IMG/VR virus record: IMGVR_UViG_3300035698_003705
Coordinates: 1,366 to 65,365 of that record
Source of the DNA: a virus
Taxonomy: Duplodnaviria > Caudoviricetes
Reading direction: 5' to 3' (one strand)
DNA length: 64,000 nucleotides
The notes under the pieces are model-generated. The model was given only the letters and a program-made list of their open reading frames with translations. It was not told where the DNA came from and did not search any database. Numbering within the stretch: the stretch's first letter is position 1; the number at the start of each line of letters is the position of its first letter. The translations under genes were made by a program, and so were the position numbers. Positions 9,404 to 18,628 of the stretch are shown here, in pieces.

Positions 9404-10548
9404 AATTTCAAGTTGTGTTAACAGAGTTAGAGGCGGCCCTTCAGGTTGTATCCCCCGCACTTTCTGGGGACGCCACAGACGTTTTGGGACATTACATTTT
9501 CAGGCGATCTGCTGCAGACCCCTCTAAAATGGAAATCCTTGCGGCTTCCAGAAGGCTTTGTGCTCTGGCACCCCTTCAGGCAGAGATCCTAGAGGCAACA
9601 GATGATGCTATGTGTACTCTTGAAGGCAAAGCCCTTAAGGATTGGCTTGCTGCTTTCCCTGAAGGTTCCATTGTGTGCTTTGACCATGACGAGGCTACAA
9701 AGGAAACCGCGATCTATCCCCGTGGAGAAGATCTCAAAAAGAACTATTTTCAAGCGTTGGACCCTAAAAGTTATCCTTGGTGGGATAAAAACTTTCTGGC
9801 CGCGACTAAGACAATAACAATGTCTGCGTCAAAGCTTAAAGACGCTGTGACCTTTGCAAAGTCTTTCGTATCAGATGATGATGCGAAGCCAGAACTGACT
9901 GTGTGTGAGGTTATAGGCAAAACCCTTATGGCTACCACAAATCAAATTCTTTGCATGATCACCATGCCTGAGTTTGAGGGGTCTAAGTTTAGGCTTCACA
10001 ACAAAGACATCTCAGCAGTAGTTTCGTTCTGCGGTCTTTGCAAAGAGGGCTCAGTTACGTTGTATGAGCATGACAGGGCCTTCTTCTTGGCCCGTGAAGA
10101 TGGCGCTCTTATGATGCTGGCACGCTTCAATATATCCTATCCTCAGCTGTATCGCCCCAAAGACGTGGATGACTACACCTGGAAGCTTTCAGCACAAGAC
10201 CTCAAGAGAGCAGTGAAGGCTGTGACCAATGTGTCTGTCGATGAAGCTGATGCTATCAGGCTTACCAAAGAGTCAAACGGGCCTCTGTTGGTATCCTTTA
10301 CTACCAGAACCAAAAAGCAAGCTACCTATGATGTGACTTGTTTTGAGGAAACTGCAACTGATGGGGCAGAGCCCGTCCCTGAAATCAGCATTTCTAGAAG
10401 CAACCTAAAGAGGCTGCTCGGCGTTCTTGAAGGGGACACGGTAATCCTGGGTATTAACATCAAGGGCCGTAGAGGCTATTTTAGAGTAGTTGAAACACGT
10501 GATGATGTGGAATACTTGATCATGTTGGCTTGGAAGGCAGTTGACTAA
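9400..10548 (+). CDS. dnaN: DNA polymerase III beta sliding clamp-like protein
   Basis: 382 aa starting MKFQV. Contains YP motifs, SFVSDDDAKPELT (resembles the clamp D-x-x-R/K-P-x-L-x-G segment) and MATT. Replication context. Confidence 0.7.
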   Translation: MKFQVVLTELEAALQVVSPALSGDATDVLGHYIFRRSAADPSKMEILAASRRLCALAPLQAEILEATDDAMCTLEGKALKDWLAAFPEGSIVCFDHDEATKETAIYPRGEDLKKNYFQALDPKSYPWWDKNFLAATKTITMSASKLKDAVTFAKSFVSDDDAKPELTVCEVIGKTLMATTNQILCMITMPEFEGSKFRLHNKDISAVVSFCGLCKEGSVTLYEHDRAFFLAREDGALMMLARFNISYPQLYRPKDVDDYTWKLSAQDLKRAVKAVTNVSVDEADAIRLTKESNGPLLVSFTTRTKKQATYDVTCFEETATDGAEPVPEISISRSNLKRLLGVLEGDTVILGINIKGRRGYFRVVETRDDVEYLIMLAWKAVD

Positions 10549-11183
10549 TGTCGCTTACACAGCAAATTACAGATCTTAGGTCAAAAGCTGATCGTATCTT
10601 GGGTCTCAGAGATGGGATCCAAGATCGGTTGGATGGCACTAAAAAAGAACTGCAGTCCTTGTCTTTAGAAGAAACACTATTAGTACAAGTGCAGGCGCTT
10701 TTGCAGAAACTAATAGATCAAGAGGTTACAGTAGGGGTGCAAGCTGTAGAGCAACTCCAGACTGAGGGTCTGAAAGCTGTTTTTGGGGATCAGGACCTAA
10801 GTGTGAGATCTGTTGTGGATGTACAGCGTGGTAAAGTATCTGTTGAGCTAATGACAGTACAGAAGTACCCTGATGGTCAAGAGGTTGATGGTGTGAGTGG
10901 TGAAGCTTTTGGCGGGGCTGTTACAACAGTTCAGTCTGTGCTACTGCGGATAATTATAATGTTGCGGCGTGGCCTACGTCCTTTGATGGTGCTCGACGAA
11001 ACACTGCCCGCTTTTGATCACAACTATGTAACAAACATGGGTACGTTCCTTTCAGTGTTATGTGCCCGTTTGGGTATTGACATTTTGCTGGTAACCCATA
11101 ATCAAGCCTTGATGGAGGCGGCAGATCATGCTTATAGATTGGTTAAGAAAAATAATCTTGTTCGTGTTGAAACTATTCGATAG
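10548..11183 (+). CDS. SbcC/Rad50-like ATPase, C-terminal half
   Basis: Short coiled coil, signature-like FGG, Walker B/D-loop LMVLDETLPAFD, and H-loop LVTH followed by AD. Confidence 0.85.
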   Translation: MSLTQQITDLRSKADRILGLRDGIQDRLDGTKKELQSLSLEETLLVQVQALLQKLIDQEVTVGVQAVEQLQTEGLKAVFGDQDLSVRSVVDVQRGKVSVELMTVQKYPDGQEVDGVSGEAFGGAVTTVQSVLLRIIIMLRRGLRPLMVLDETLPAFDHNYVTNMGTFLSVLCARLGIDILLVTHNQALMEAADHAYRLVKKNNLVRVETIR

Positions 11184-11193
11184 AGGGAACACC

Positions 11194-11619
11194 ATGACTA
11201 TTGGTACCAGAACAGTACGCCAAGTTAAAGGGCAGTTGAAGCAGGTGATGTTTAGGCATCTTCAGCAATTGATCAGGGATAATTTTAGGCGGCTGCCTGA
11301 AACTTGTAAGCATAACAAGATGATCTCCAAACTGAATAGTACAAGAATATGTGGCTGTCCCAATACGGAAACTCTTGCGGGTTATGTCTGTGATTCAAAT
11401 GTTCCCGATTTACAGAATGCTAAGACATGCCCCTTTTGGGAACCCTTTCAAGAAGTGTTAGTTATTAAGTCTAACTTTAGAACTCTAATGACCTCGGGGA
11501 ACAGGGGTCTTATTGCTGCAAGCTATCCAGACATCGCTGCTTTGATGTGGGTGCTAGATGGTGTGGACTTTACAGAAGAAGTAGCACAAGTAGAACAAGA
11601 AGCTGAAAACAATGAGTAA
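11194..11619 (+). CDS. Cys-rich hypothetical protein
   Basis: GAGGG RBS. Contains CKHN, CGC, C and CPFW. Confidence 0.75.
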   Translation: MTIGTRTVRQVKGQLKQVMFRHLQQLIRDNFRRLPETCKHNKMISKLNSTRICGCPNTETLAGYVCDSNVPDLQNAKTCPFWEPFQEVLVIKSNFRTLMTSGNRGLIAASYPDIAALMWVLDGVDFTEEVAQVEQEAENNE

Positions 11620-12193
11620 TCTTTTGACTGTCCAGCGGTACAAGATGGATCCTTCAAAGAAGGGTGTGCAGCCACTGTATATGGAGTTTCAGGTATCATC
11701 TGAGTCAGCTCCCTACCTAGTGACTAATTCAAGGTCTTTGTGTTGGGTTGAACAGATCCATGCAGGAGGCTTAATTAAGGCTGCAGTCCAAAAGCTCCCG
11801 CCTATAGGCGATCTCTACAGAAAGATTCTGCAACAGGTGGTCACTAGAAGTGATGCTCAGGAGTGGGGCAGCCACCAGGCATATACGGAAGCAGGTTTGA
11901 GTAATGCCCTCTCGTATGTAGAGAGCTTTGATTTCAAAGGCTTAGAGGTATTAGTCTCTACTGGAGTGGTGCTTAGAGATTGGTTTGGAACCCCTGGATC
12001 TAAGTATCTTAAAAAGTTTTGCTCATGGCTGCCAGCAGGCTGTGCGGTAGTTTTACCCCGGGACCGGGGGTTTGTAGGGCACCTGGGCTACTTGAATTCT
12101 AATTTGGGAGTAGTAGTAGTTCACAATGCCAGTAGAGGCATTGCTGTAATTGGTGACCCCTTTGGGTCGGTTTTGAAAAAGGGACCTAAATGA
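11612..12193 (+). CDS. Hypothetical protein
   Basis: 193-aa ORF overlapping both neighbours, consistent with translational coupling. Confidence 0.75.
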   Translation: MSNLLTVQRYKMDPSKKGVQPLYMEFQVSSESAPYLVTNSRSLCWVEQIHAGGLIKAAVQKLPPIGDLYRKILQQVVTRSDAQEWGSHQAYTEAGLSNALSYVESFDFKGLEVLVSTGVVLRDWFGTPGSKYLKKFCSWLPAGCAVVLPRDRGFVGHLGYLNSNLGVVVVHNASRGIAVIGDPFGSVLKKGPK

Positions 12194-12906
12194 CAGATTG
12201 GCTACCCACATTTATTGCACAGTGCAGTCTAACCCCTACGGTAGAAGATTACTTCATGGGCCGTGGTGGTAAGGAGAGTACTTTGGAATCAGAAGGGGTA
12301 ACTACTGGGGCGTCTGTAAAACAAGAAGTTCCCAATGAGACTTTTCGTTTTCAATATGGTAAGTATGGTGAAAAGCTTAAAGGAATGCTGGTTTGTCCTG
12401 CTTGGTCGCCATCCGGTCAGATGATTGGTTTTGAGGCACGGTCAACAACTAAAAAGTTTATTCGTGACTTTAGGCTGCCTGAAGCAAAGTGGCAGCCTTT
12501 TTGGTTAGGTCTTCGGGCCGGTATGCCTAAGATATGGGCTGGTGGCGACGTGTGGGTTGTAGAGGGCCTTTTTGATAAGGCAGCCTTAGAGTGGGCCGTA
12601 CCAGAAAAAGACGCTGTACTGGCCTCTGTGCGGGCAGCTCTGTCTAAAGCACATATAGATTTCTTGCAGCGTTTTTGTAAAGGCTGTGTACACATGGTGT
12701 ATGATCAGGATCCCACAGGTAGAAAAGCTACTGTGGGGTGGGTTGATGAAACGGGTAGACGCCGGATGGGTGCTTTAGATCTATTGCGAAAAGCTGGTGT
12801 TGAATGTAGAGATGTTCCGTATTCAAGTGCAAAGGACCCTGGGGAATTTTGGAACCGGGGTGGGGCAGTGGCTGTGCAAACAGCTTTTAAAGGAGCCCTT
12901 AGATAA
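12190..12906 (+). CDS. DnaG-like primase (TOPRIM), lacking an N-terminal zinc finger
   Basis: IGFEAR, VVEGLFD, YDQDPTG and KDPGE. Confidence 0.85.
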   Translation: MTDWLPTFIAQCSLTPTVEDYFMGRGGKESTLESEGVTTGASVKQEVPNETFRFQYGKYGEKLKGMLVCPAWSPSGQMIGFEARSTTKKFIRDFRLPEAKWQPFWLGLRAGMPKIWAGGDVWVVEGLFDKAALEWAVPEKDAVLASVRAALSKAHIDFLQRFCKGCVHMVYDQDPTGRKATVGWVDETGRRRMGALDLLRKAGVECRDVPYSSAKDPGEFWNRGGAVAVQTAFKGALR

Positions 12907-12925
12907 CAACTTTTAGGAGGATACT

Positions 12926-13390
12926 ATGTCTGAAATGTGGATTGCTGAAAAAGATGTTTACGACATGATGAGGAATCTTGTCGCTAACCACCACCCACAC
13001 CTTGCTTTGTGCGATGATGAGATTGCAATCTTGCACAAGGAGAAGTCGTCTGCAGTAGGAACTGTGGAATTGATTGGGAAGACTTCAAAAGCCCCGCCCA
13101 TTCTATCTGTGTTGGGTGACACTAAGTGGAAGTTTCTCATTGTCCTGGCTGCTGATGCTTGGCAGAAGCTTACGGATAAGGAACGAAGAGCTTTGTTGGA
13201 TCATCACCTGTGTGCATGTAGGGTTGAGGAAAACTCTGAGACGGGGGCTATCAAGATCTTTGTAGCACCACCTGATGTGTCTTTCTACAAGGGTGAAGTA
13301 GAGCGCAATGGTTTCTGGCGGAAGGGTAATACGGATGCGGATCCGAATCTTATCAAAGAGCTGTTTGGTGAAGAGTCTAACAACACTTAG
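12926..13390 (+). CDS. Phage putative-metallopeptidase-family protein with degenerate HExxH
   Basis: WQKL and RALLDHHLCA, where the family pattern is DHELxH, plus PPDV. Confidence 0.65.
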   Translation: MSEMWIAEKDVYDMMRNLVANHHPHLALCDDEIAILHKEKSSAVGTVELIGKTSKAPPILSVLGDTKWKFLIVLAADAWQKLTDKERRALLDHHLCACRVEENSETGAIKIFVAPPDVSFYKGEVERNGFWRKGNTDADPNLIKELFGEESNNT

Positions 13391-13411
13391 TAGGTAAGGA
13401 AACCAGCACCC

Positions 13412-14791
13412 ATGAGCTTTGACACTAAATACAGACCTGTTACATTTGATGATGTTTTAGGACAGGAATCTACTGTCAAGATACTTCGTCAGTACATAGC
13501 TTCAGGCAAGGGACGGCATCAGTCCTATCTTTTAGTGGGTCAATGGGGTGGTGGGAAGACTACACTAGGCCGTATTTTAGCAAGGACGCTTCTCTGCGAA
13601 GCCCCTACTGAAACTGGAGACCCCTGTGATCAATGCCCATCCTGTTTAGGTATGATAAACGGCGGAACCTCTTTGGATTTTACAGAGTTTGACGCAGCTA
13701 CTAATTCAGGTAAAGCGGACATCCAAAAGATCACAGAGGAAATCCAGTATGATTCTTTCTCGGGGCGTAAGCGTATCTATATTATAGATGAAAGCCACAG
13801 ACTCTCAAACGAGGCTCTTGATGCTCTTCTGAAACCCTTGGAGGAAAGCATCCCAGGATCAGAAGACAAGGGTCTCGTTTGTATTTTCTGTACTACGGAA
13901 CCTGAGAAGATGCGGGCTACTATCTTTAGCCGTTGTGCACCTGCCTTTTTGATACAGCCTGTAGAACCTGAAAAGATAGCGGGCCTTATGGCTAAGATAT
14001 GTGATCAGGAAAAGATTGTATACGATCTTCCTGTTTTAGTATCTTTGGCTGAAATTACAGAATGCCATATAAGAGATGCTCTTAAAGCTCTTGAGGGTAT
14101 TTCCATGCTGGGGGCTGTTAGCAAAGAAAACTTAATAGCGTATATGCACCTGGACGCAAACGATCTTTATTTAGATGTACTGGATGCTCTTGGGGGCGGT
14201 TCCGGGGATGCTTATGCGTTAGTTAAACAGATACTACAGAAGACATCCCCCGCACTATGCTATGAACGCCTTGCGGAACTTTCATTGCTTTGTTACAGAG
14301 TAATGCTGGGTGGCACAGCCATACCTGTCTATTTGGATTCTTCTAGAGTACAATCTGTAGGGCTGGTTTGTGGAAGCCGCCTTTTAGATTTCGCTGCTCA
14401 GTTTGCTAGCAGGCCAGTCAAACCTACGGTGTCTATGCTGCTTTGTGACATAGAAGTAACACAAAAGGGGCACCCACCATTAGGATCTAGGGTCTTTGTT
14501 CAACCTGTCATAGCGGCTGCTGTAGAGACACCAATAAAACAAAATACAGCAGTTGAAGTACTACCTGCAAAGATTTCTTTGCCAATACCACAAGTTGTGG
14601 GTAAAATACCTAATAAGGTGCCTTATACGGGAGAGCCTTCACTTAGTAGGGGTTCTGTAAATGATGGTGCTGGGCAAACACAAGTTGTACAAGGCCACTT
14701 AGAAAAAGGACCGATGACAAAAGATGAGTTTGGCACACTTCTAAAATGGGCTCTAGAAGAGGAGCAAAGTAAAAATTGTGGACATACGTGA
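13412..14791 (+). CDS. dnaX: DNA polymerase III gamma/tau clamp-loader subunit
   Basis: KYRPVTFDDVLGQ, GGGKTT, Zn-binding Cys cluster, IIDESH, LLKPLEE, SRC and RDAL. Confidence 0.93.
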   Translation: MSFDTKYRPVTFDDVLGQESTVKILRQYIASGKGRHQSYLLVGQWGGGKTTLGRILARTLLCEAPTETGDPCDQCPSCLGMINGGTSLDFTEFDAATNSGKADIQKITEEIQYDSFSGRKRIYIIDESHRLSNEALDALLKPLEESIPGSEDKGLVCIFCTTEPEKMRATIFSRCAPAFLIQPVEPEKIAGLMAKICDQEKIVYDLPVLVSLAEITECHIRDALKALEGISMLGAVSKENLIAYMHLDANDLYLDVLDALGGGSGDAYALVKQILQKTSPALCYERLAELSLLCYRVMLGGTAIPVYLDSSRVQSVGLVCGSRLLDFAAQFASRPVKPTVSMLLCDIEVTQKGHPPLGSRVFVQPVIAAAVETPIKQNTAVEVLPAKISLPIPQVVGKIPNKVPYTGEPSLSRGSVNDGAGQTQVVQGHLEKGPMTKDEFGTLLKWALEEEQSKNCGHT

Positions 14792-15314
14792 TTCTCAAAC
14801 TTGGGTTGCATTGGAACTATCTAAGGTAGGTGAAGAGAAGATTCAAGAAGGACTGTTAGAAAGTACTCTAAGAAAGGATCTGTGTGTTTCAGAGGATTTT
14901 CCAATATTCATTCCAGTAGCTTCTTATTTTAAAGGTACCAAACGAGTTGTAGTAGTTCTAATGGAGGGCTACGCTTTTGTAGGTACTGGGCTCTCTGACA
15001 CTTGCTACTTCCAATTAGAAAGACAGTCTTATGTTGAACGTGTATTAACAGCTGAAGTATCTGGGAGGAATAGAGTTTTAACTACTATCCCTAACAAAAC
15101 CATCCTAGAGTTACAAACAAGACTGCGTAAGATTACAACACAAGACATGCCTGTTGGATCAGAAGTGAAAGTCACAGACGGGCCTTATAAAAATTTAAGC
15201 GGTACTGTATTAGGGTTGTCCCGCGAGGAAGCCTTTGTGGAGATCCACTTGCGTTCAATTGAGTTGATAGCTACTATCTCAAGGATGCTTTTAACAGCAG
15301 TGGATCCACAATAA
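14778..15314 (+). CDS. NusG/RfaH-family transcription factor
   Basis: NGN-like LMEGYAFV and KOW motif VKVTDGPYKNLSGTV. Confidence 0.8.
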   Translation: MDIRDSQTWVALELSKVGEEKIQEGLLESTLRKDLCVSEDFPIFIPVASYFKGTKRVVVVLMEGYAFVGTGLSDTCYFQLERQSYVERVLTAEVSGRNRVLTTIPNKTILELQTRLRKITTQDMPVGSEVKVTDGPYKNLSGTVLGLSREEAFVEIHLRSIELIATISRMLLTAVDPQ

Positions 15315-15364
15315 GAGGATATAGTTGTACTTCGTGAGCTACACCACATTATGTGGAGGTGGCC

Positions 15365-15967
15365 ATGTCATGGTCGGGTTGTTATGTATTAGATCCAGTA
15401 GAATTAGAAGCACGCTTTGGCGACAGCCTGAGTCTTTCTTATTTAGACAATATTTTTGTAGAGCCCTCTGAGGAAGATGAAGCTCAAATAGAGCAGATCA
15501 AAGAAGTCCTTGAGGCCCTGCCCCCTAGAGAAGCTGATTTTGTAGACCTCTATTATTTCAAAAATCTAAAACAGACAGACATAGCCTACATTTTTGGGGT
15601 TTCACAGCCTACTGTGTGTTATCGTTTGGCTCGGGCAGCAGACCGTATTCGTTTTTTATTAAACCTTCCCAAAGTAAAAAAAATACAAATGACAGATGAT
15701 TTACGCGGGTTCTTTGTAGATCCTCTTGATGTACAAATTATGGTTTTCATGTGGGAGACTACCTGCCAGTCTGAAGTCGCTAAGCGCTTGAATGTGACAC
15801 AGGGGCTAGTGCGGCACCGCTTTCTTAGGTCACTGGCTGCTTTAAGGGCGTCTTCTAAGTATGCACGTTATGTAGTCCTATTTGATTATATTGCCGCGAA
15901 CCTAAATATCCTTAGAGAAGTACAAAGACCTTTGTCTGGAGAGATCTCAGTTTGGTGTGTTCATTGA
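15365..15967 (+). CDS. Sigma-70 region-4-like protein with two HTH domains
   Basis: LPPREA..QTDIAYIFGVSQPTV..RLARA and a second HTH QSEVAKRLNVTQGLVRHR. Confidence 0.8.
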   Translation: MSWSGCYVLDPVELEARFGDSLSLSYLDNIFVEPSEEDEAQIEQIKEVLEALPPREADFVDLYYFKNLKQTDIAYIFGVSQPTVCYRLARAADRIRFLLNLPKVKKIQMTDDLRGFFVDPLDVQIMVFMWETTCQSEVAKRLNVTQGLVRHRFLRSLAALRASSKYARYVVLFDYIAANLNILREVQRPLSGEISVWCVH

Positions 15968-16025
15968 CGTTTTCGTTTTTTCGTTTATCAAAAAGCAAGA
16001 TTAGGGTTACTAGTTGGAGGGGCCA

Positions 16026-16346
16026 GTGGATACAGGTGTAAAAAAACAGGGTGGTAAACAAGTAGTGATGGTCAGAGCAATCGCACAACGATGGCTTAGC
16101 AAAGCTGCAACGCCCGAATATAGGCTCCGTGTGCTTTTTGGAGTTTCACAATATCAGAACCTTGCTAACCTGCTCAGGGCTTTTAGAGATGGGAAGGTCG
16201 TGATTGCAGGTGTGGCAGCAATTCCTGACATGGGTGTTAAAGAAGATTTTGATGGTTTGGAACTTTGGTCCTCGGATACTGTGGCTTTAGAGAAACTGAA
16301 TCAGTGGTTGACTGCTAAGGGTATGGAAACACGTGAGGTGAATTAA
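16026..16346 (+). CDS. Hypothetical late protein carrying AIAQRWL motif
   Basis: GGAGG RBS before GTG 16026. Confidence 0.75.
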   Translation: MDTGVKKQGGKQVVMVRAIAQRWLSKAATPEYRLRVLFGVSQYQNLANLLRAFRDGKVVIAGVAAIPDMGVKEDFDGLELWSSDTVALEKLNQWLTAKGMETREVN

Positions 16347-17602
16347 TGGCACAAAGCCCTTTCAAAGTAGACCAGATTAAGATTGAGCCAGGAAGTTCTG
16401 GTACAAGACTGATTGATAAAGCAACAGACGGGTCATTACAGTTTACGGACAGTTTAATAACCGGTGCTATTACACTATCGCAGTTGGCAGGTTTTAAGAC
16501 TATTCAGAATATGTTAATAGTTGGCAAAGCCGGTGCAGGTGTCGCATATACTACTATCCAGTCTGCTTTAGATGTGATTCCGGCATCCAGTTCTTCTCTG
16601 AATCCTTATTTTGTATTTGTATGCCCCGGCGTCTATACTGAAACCTTGAATATCGCACGCGACGGGGTTTACATCATAGGGTTGGGTGCAACTGTACAGG
16701 CTGTTGAAACAACCCCTGATGGTCCTGCTGCTTATCATACAGTAGTCATCCAAGCAGCTCTTGGCACTGTGCCAAAGTTAGTAGTGCTTCAGAACCTACC
16801 TATTAAGAACATCCACACAAACTATGCGTGTGTTCGTGTCTTGGGTGCTGCCAGCTCCGAAGTGGGGCTTACAGGCATCTTATTAGATAACTGCGATCTG
16901 TATCCTATTGCTACAGGAGGCAACAGAGCTTTGTGGGCTACTGCTGTAAATAGAGTGGTGCTGCAGGGTGGTTCTCACTTTGATAGCGGCGGGTTTGCTA
17001 CTAATCTTGTGCAAGAATGTAGTGATGTGTGTTTTAAGGGTGTAGGTAGTCTTCCTGCTATGAGCTTTAGATGGGATATTACAGAAAGCCTGCCTAGTGC
17101 TTCTCATGTCGGCTATGCCATTCAGGGTGGTTACGGTTTAGGAAGCCTGTCTTCTTTAACACCTAAAATTTCTTTTGTTTCTTCTGTGGCACCAAATCAG
17201 GGTGTTTTGTATTTAGACTCTCTTGTAGCTACACCGGCCCCCACACTATCTATAACAGATGGCATTGCTAAGGCAACAGGATGTCAGTTTGGCACGATAG
17301 CTTTGGATGGGGCGGATTTATATTTGGCTGGTTGTACTCACGGAGCTTTTACAGCTTCCGGTGGTGCCCGAGTTCAGGAATCAATTGTGACTGGAACGGC
17401 TTCTTTTGCTGGTGACACTACCAAAGCAGTAACTTTTGCAGAAACAGCGATGTCTGCTACTTACACTGTAACTCTAGAATTGAGTGCAGCCCCTGCTAAT
17501 AACGAGGTGCCTTGGGTGACGGGTAAAACTGTGACTGGCTTTACAGTTAATTTTGCGACTGCTCAGACACTAACTGTGTCTTGGTCTGCACAATACAGGT
17601 AA
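16346..17602 (+). CDS. Virion structural protein, pectin-lyase-like beta-helix (spike or fibre)
   Basis: YTTIQSALD and PGVYTE are typical of the start of a right-handed beta-helix. C-terminal KTVTGFTV..VSWSA module. Confidence 0.65.
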   Translation: MAQSPFKVDQIKIEPGSSGTRLIDKATDGSLQFTDSLITGAITLSQLAGFKTIQNMLIVGKAGAGVAYTTIQSALDVIPASSSSLNPYFVFVCPGVYTETLNIARDGVYIIGLGATVQAVETTPDGPAAYHTVVIQAALGTVPKLVVLQNLPIKNIHTNYACVRVLGAASSEVGLTGILLDNCDLYPIATGGNRALWATAVNRVVLQGGSHFDSGGFATNLVQECSDVCFKGVGSLPAMSFRWDITESLPSASHVGYAIQGGYGLGSLSSLTPKISFVSSVAPNQGVLYLDSLVATPAPTLSITDGIAKATGCQFGTIALDGADLYLAGCTHGAFTASGGARVQESIVTGTASFAGDTTKAVTFAETAMSATYTVTLELSAAPANNEVPWVTGKTVTGFTVNFATAQTLTVSWSAQYR

Positions 17603-17612
17603 GGGGTGACGA

Positions 17613-18170
17613 ATGAGTGACTTTTGGGATGAAATGAATGAGGCTTACTCAAAAACTTCTGTGCTTGATGATTTTTTAAATTCAAGACAGTGCGGCGAGT
17701 CAAGGCATTGTTCTGTGTTAGCTTTGACGGATAGGATGCGTGCTGCACATGCACTACCGCTTCCTGTGGATGCAGGTGCTAGAGTTCGCTTTGTTGCAAA
17801 CTTAGGTTCTGTGTTGACGTATGATAGTATTCCAAACCCAAAAGTTGAAGGCACTGTAGTCACAGTTAAAACAGCTGGTGGCCATGCTACTTCTATGGAT
17901 GATCGTGTTTTTGTATTGTGGGATGACGGACAGTTCCGGCCTATCTTAGCGGAACACTTGAGGCGTTCAGGTATTACAAGTAAGAAAAGCCACTCTGTTC
18001 GTATCGTGGCTTCCAGCATGATGGATTTATCTGCTTTCTTTGGCCCTACGGCTTCTCAAGATGAACTAGTGCATAAAGCCACGAAGGACCTGTGGTCCTT
18101 TCACCAAGAGGGTGGCAATTTTATAGTGGAACGTCTGTTTGACGATACGGGCAACCCGTTGAAGGATTGA
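17613..18170 (+). CDS. Hypothetical protein with SH3-like segment
   Basis: GGGG RBS. GTVV..VFVLWDDG segment. Confidence 0.7.
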   Translation: MSDFWDEMNEAYSKTSVLDDFLNSRQCGESRHCSVLALTDRMRAAHALPLPVDAGARVRFVANLGSVLTYDSIPNPKVEGTVVTVKTAGGHATSMDDRVFVLWDDGQFRPILAEHLRRSGITSKKSHSVRIVASSMMDLSAFFGPTASQDELVHKATKDLWSFHQEGGNFIVERLFDDTGNPLKD

Positions 18171-18178
18171 GGTGTTGT

Positions 18179-18583
18179 ATGAAAAAGCAATCTGATCTAA
18201 CTTTAGAGCAGGCATGGGGCCCAATGTTGCACACAGCAGCATTCTTAAAGCTTAAAACCGATTTGAAGTTGAAAACAGGTGATGTGATTCCCAGAGGTAC
18301 TAAAGTACAGGTGAAGTTTCTGGGCATGCGTGAAACTCGGGTCTGTGATGTCTTTTTTGACTGGGTTGGCGATTCAGGGAGAGACTATAACAAAGTCCCT
18401 GCAAAGCTGGCTGTAAGTAGGCTTTCTGATTTCTTGACGGGTTTTAGACGCCCCTCAATGACAGCTCTTAGGCGTATGTCTGAAAATGGAATTGCAACAA
18501 CGCCTACAGGTAAGAGGGTAGAGCCGGACGGGGTAGGCCCCGATGGATCCCCCAGTTGGCTTTTGGTGCTTGGTTATATCTAA
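18179..18583 (+). CDS. Hypothetical protein
   Basis: GAGG RBS. C-terminal VEPDGxGPDGSPSWLL motif. Confidence 0.75.
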   Translation: MKKQSDLTLEQAWGPMLHTAAFLKLKTDLKLKTGDVIPRGTKVQVKFLGMRETRVCDVFFDWVGDSGRDYNKVPAKLAVSRLSDFLTGFRRPSMTALRRMSENGIATTPTGKRVEPDGVGPDGSPSWLLVLGYI

Positions 18584-18628
18584 GCCACTAGACAGGTTAT
18601 GAATTGTGGTAAGTTGGAGGTCTTAATC

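Noticed and set aside
13412-14791. Programmed frameshift giving gamma and tau forms of DnaX
   Set aside because: I did not see an A-AAA-AAG slippery site with a downstream hairpin.
1-16000. Bacterial chromosomal origin for recA, dnaN, dnaX, nusG and HU
   Set aside because: The genes are highly divergent, densely packed on one strand and contiguous with terminase, portal and capsid genes, which fits a phage genome.
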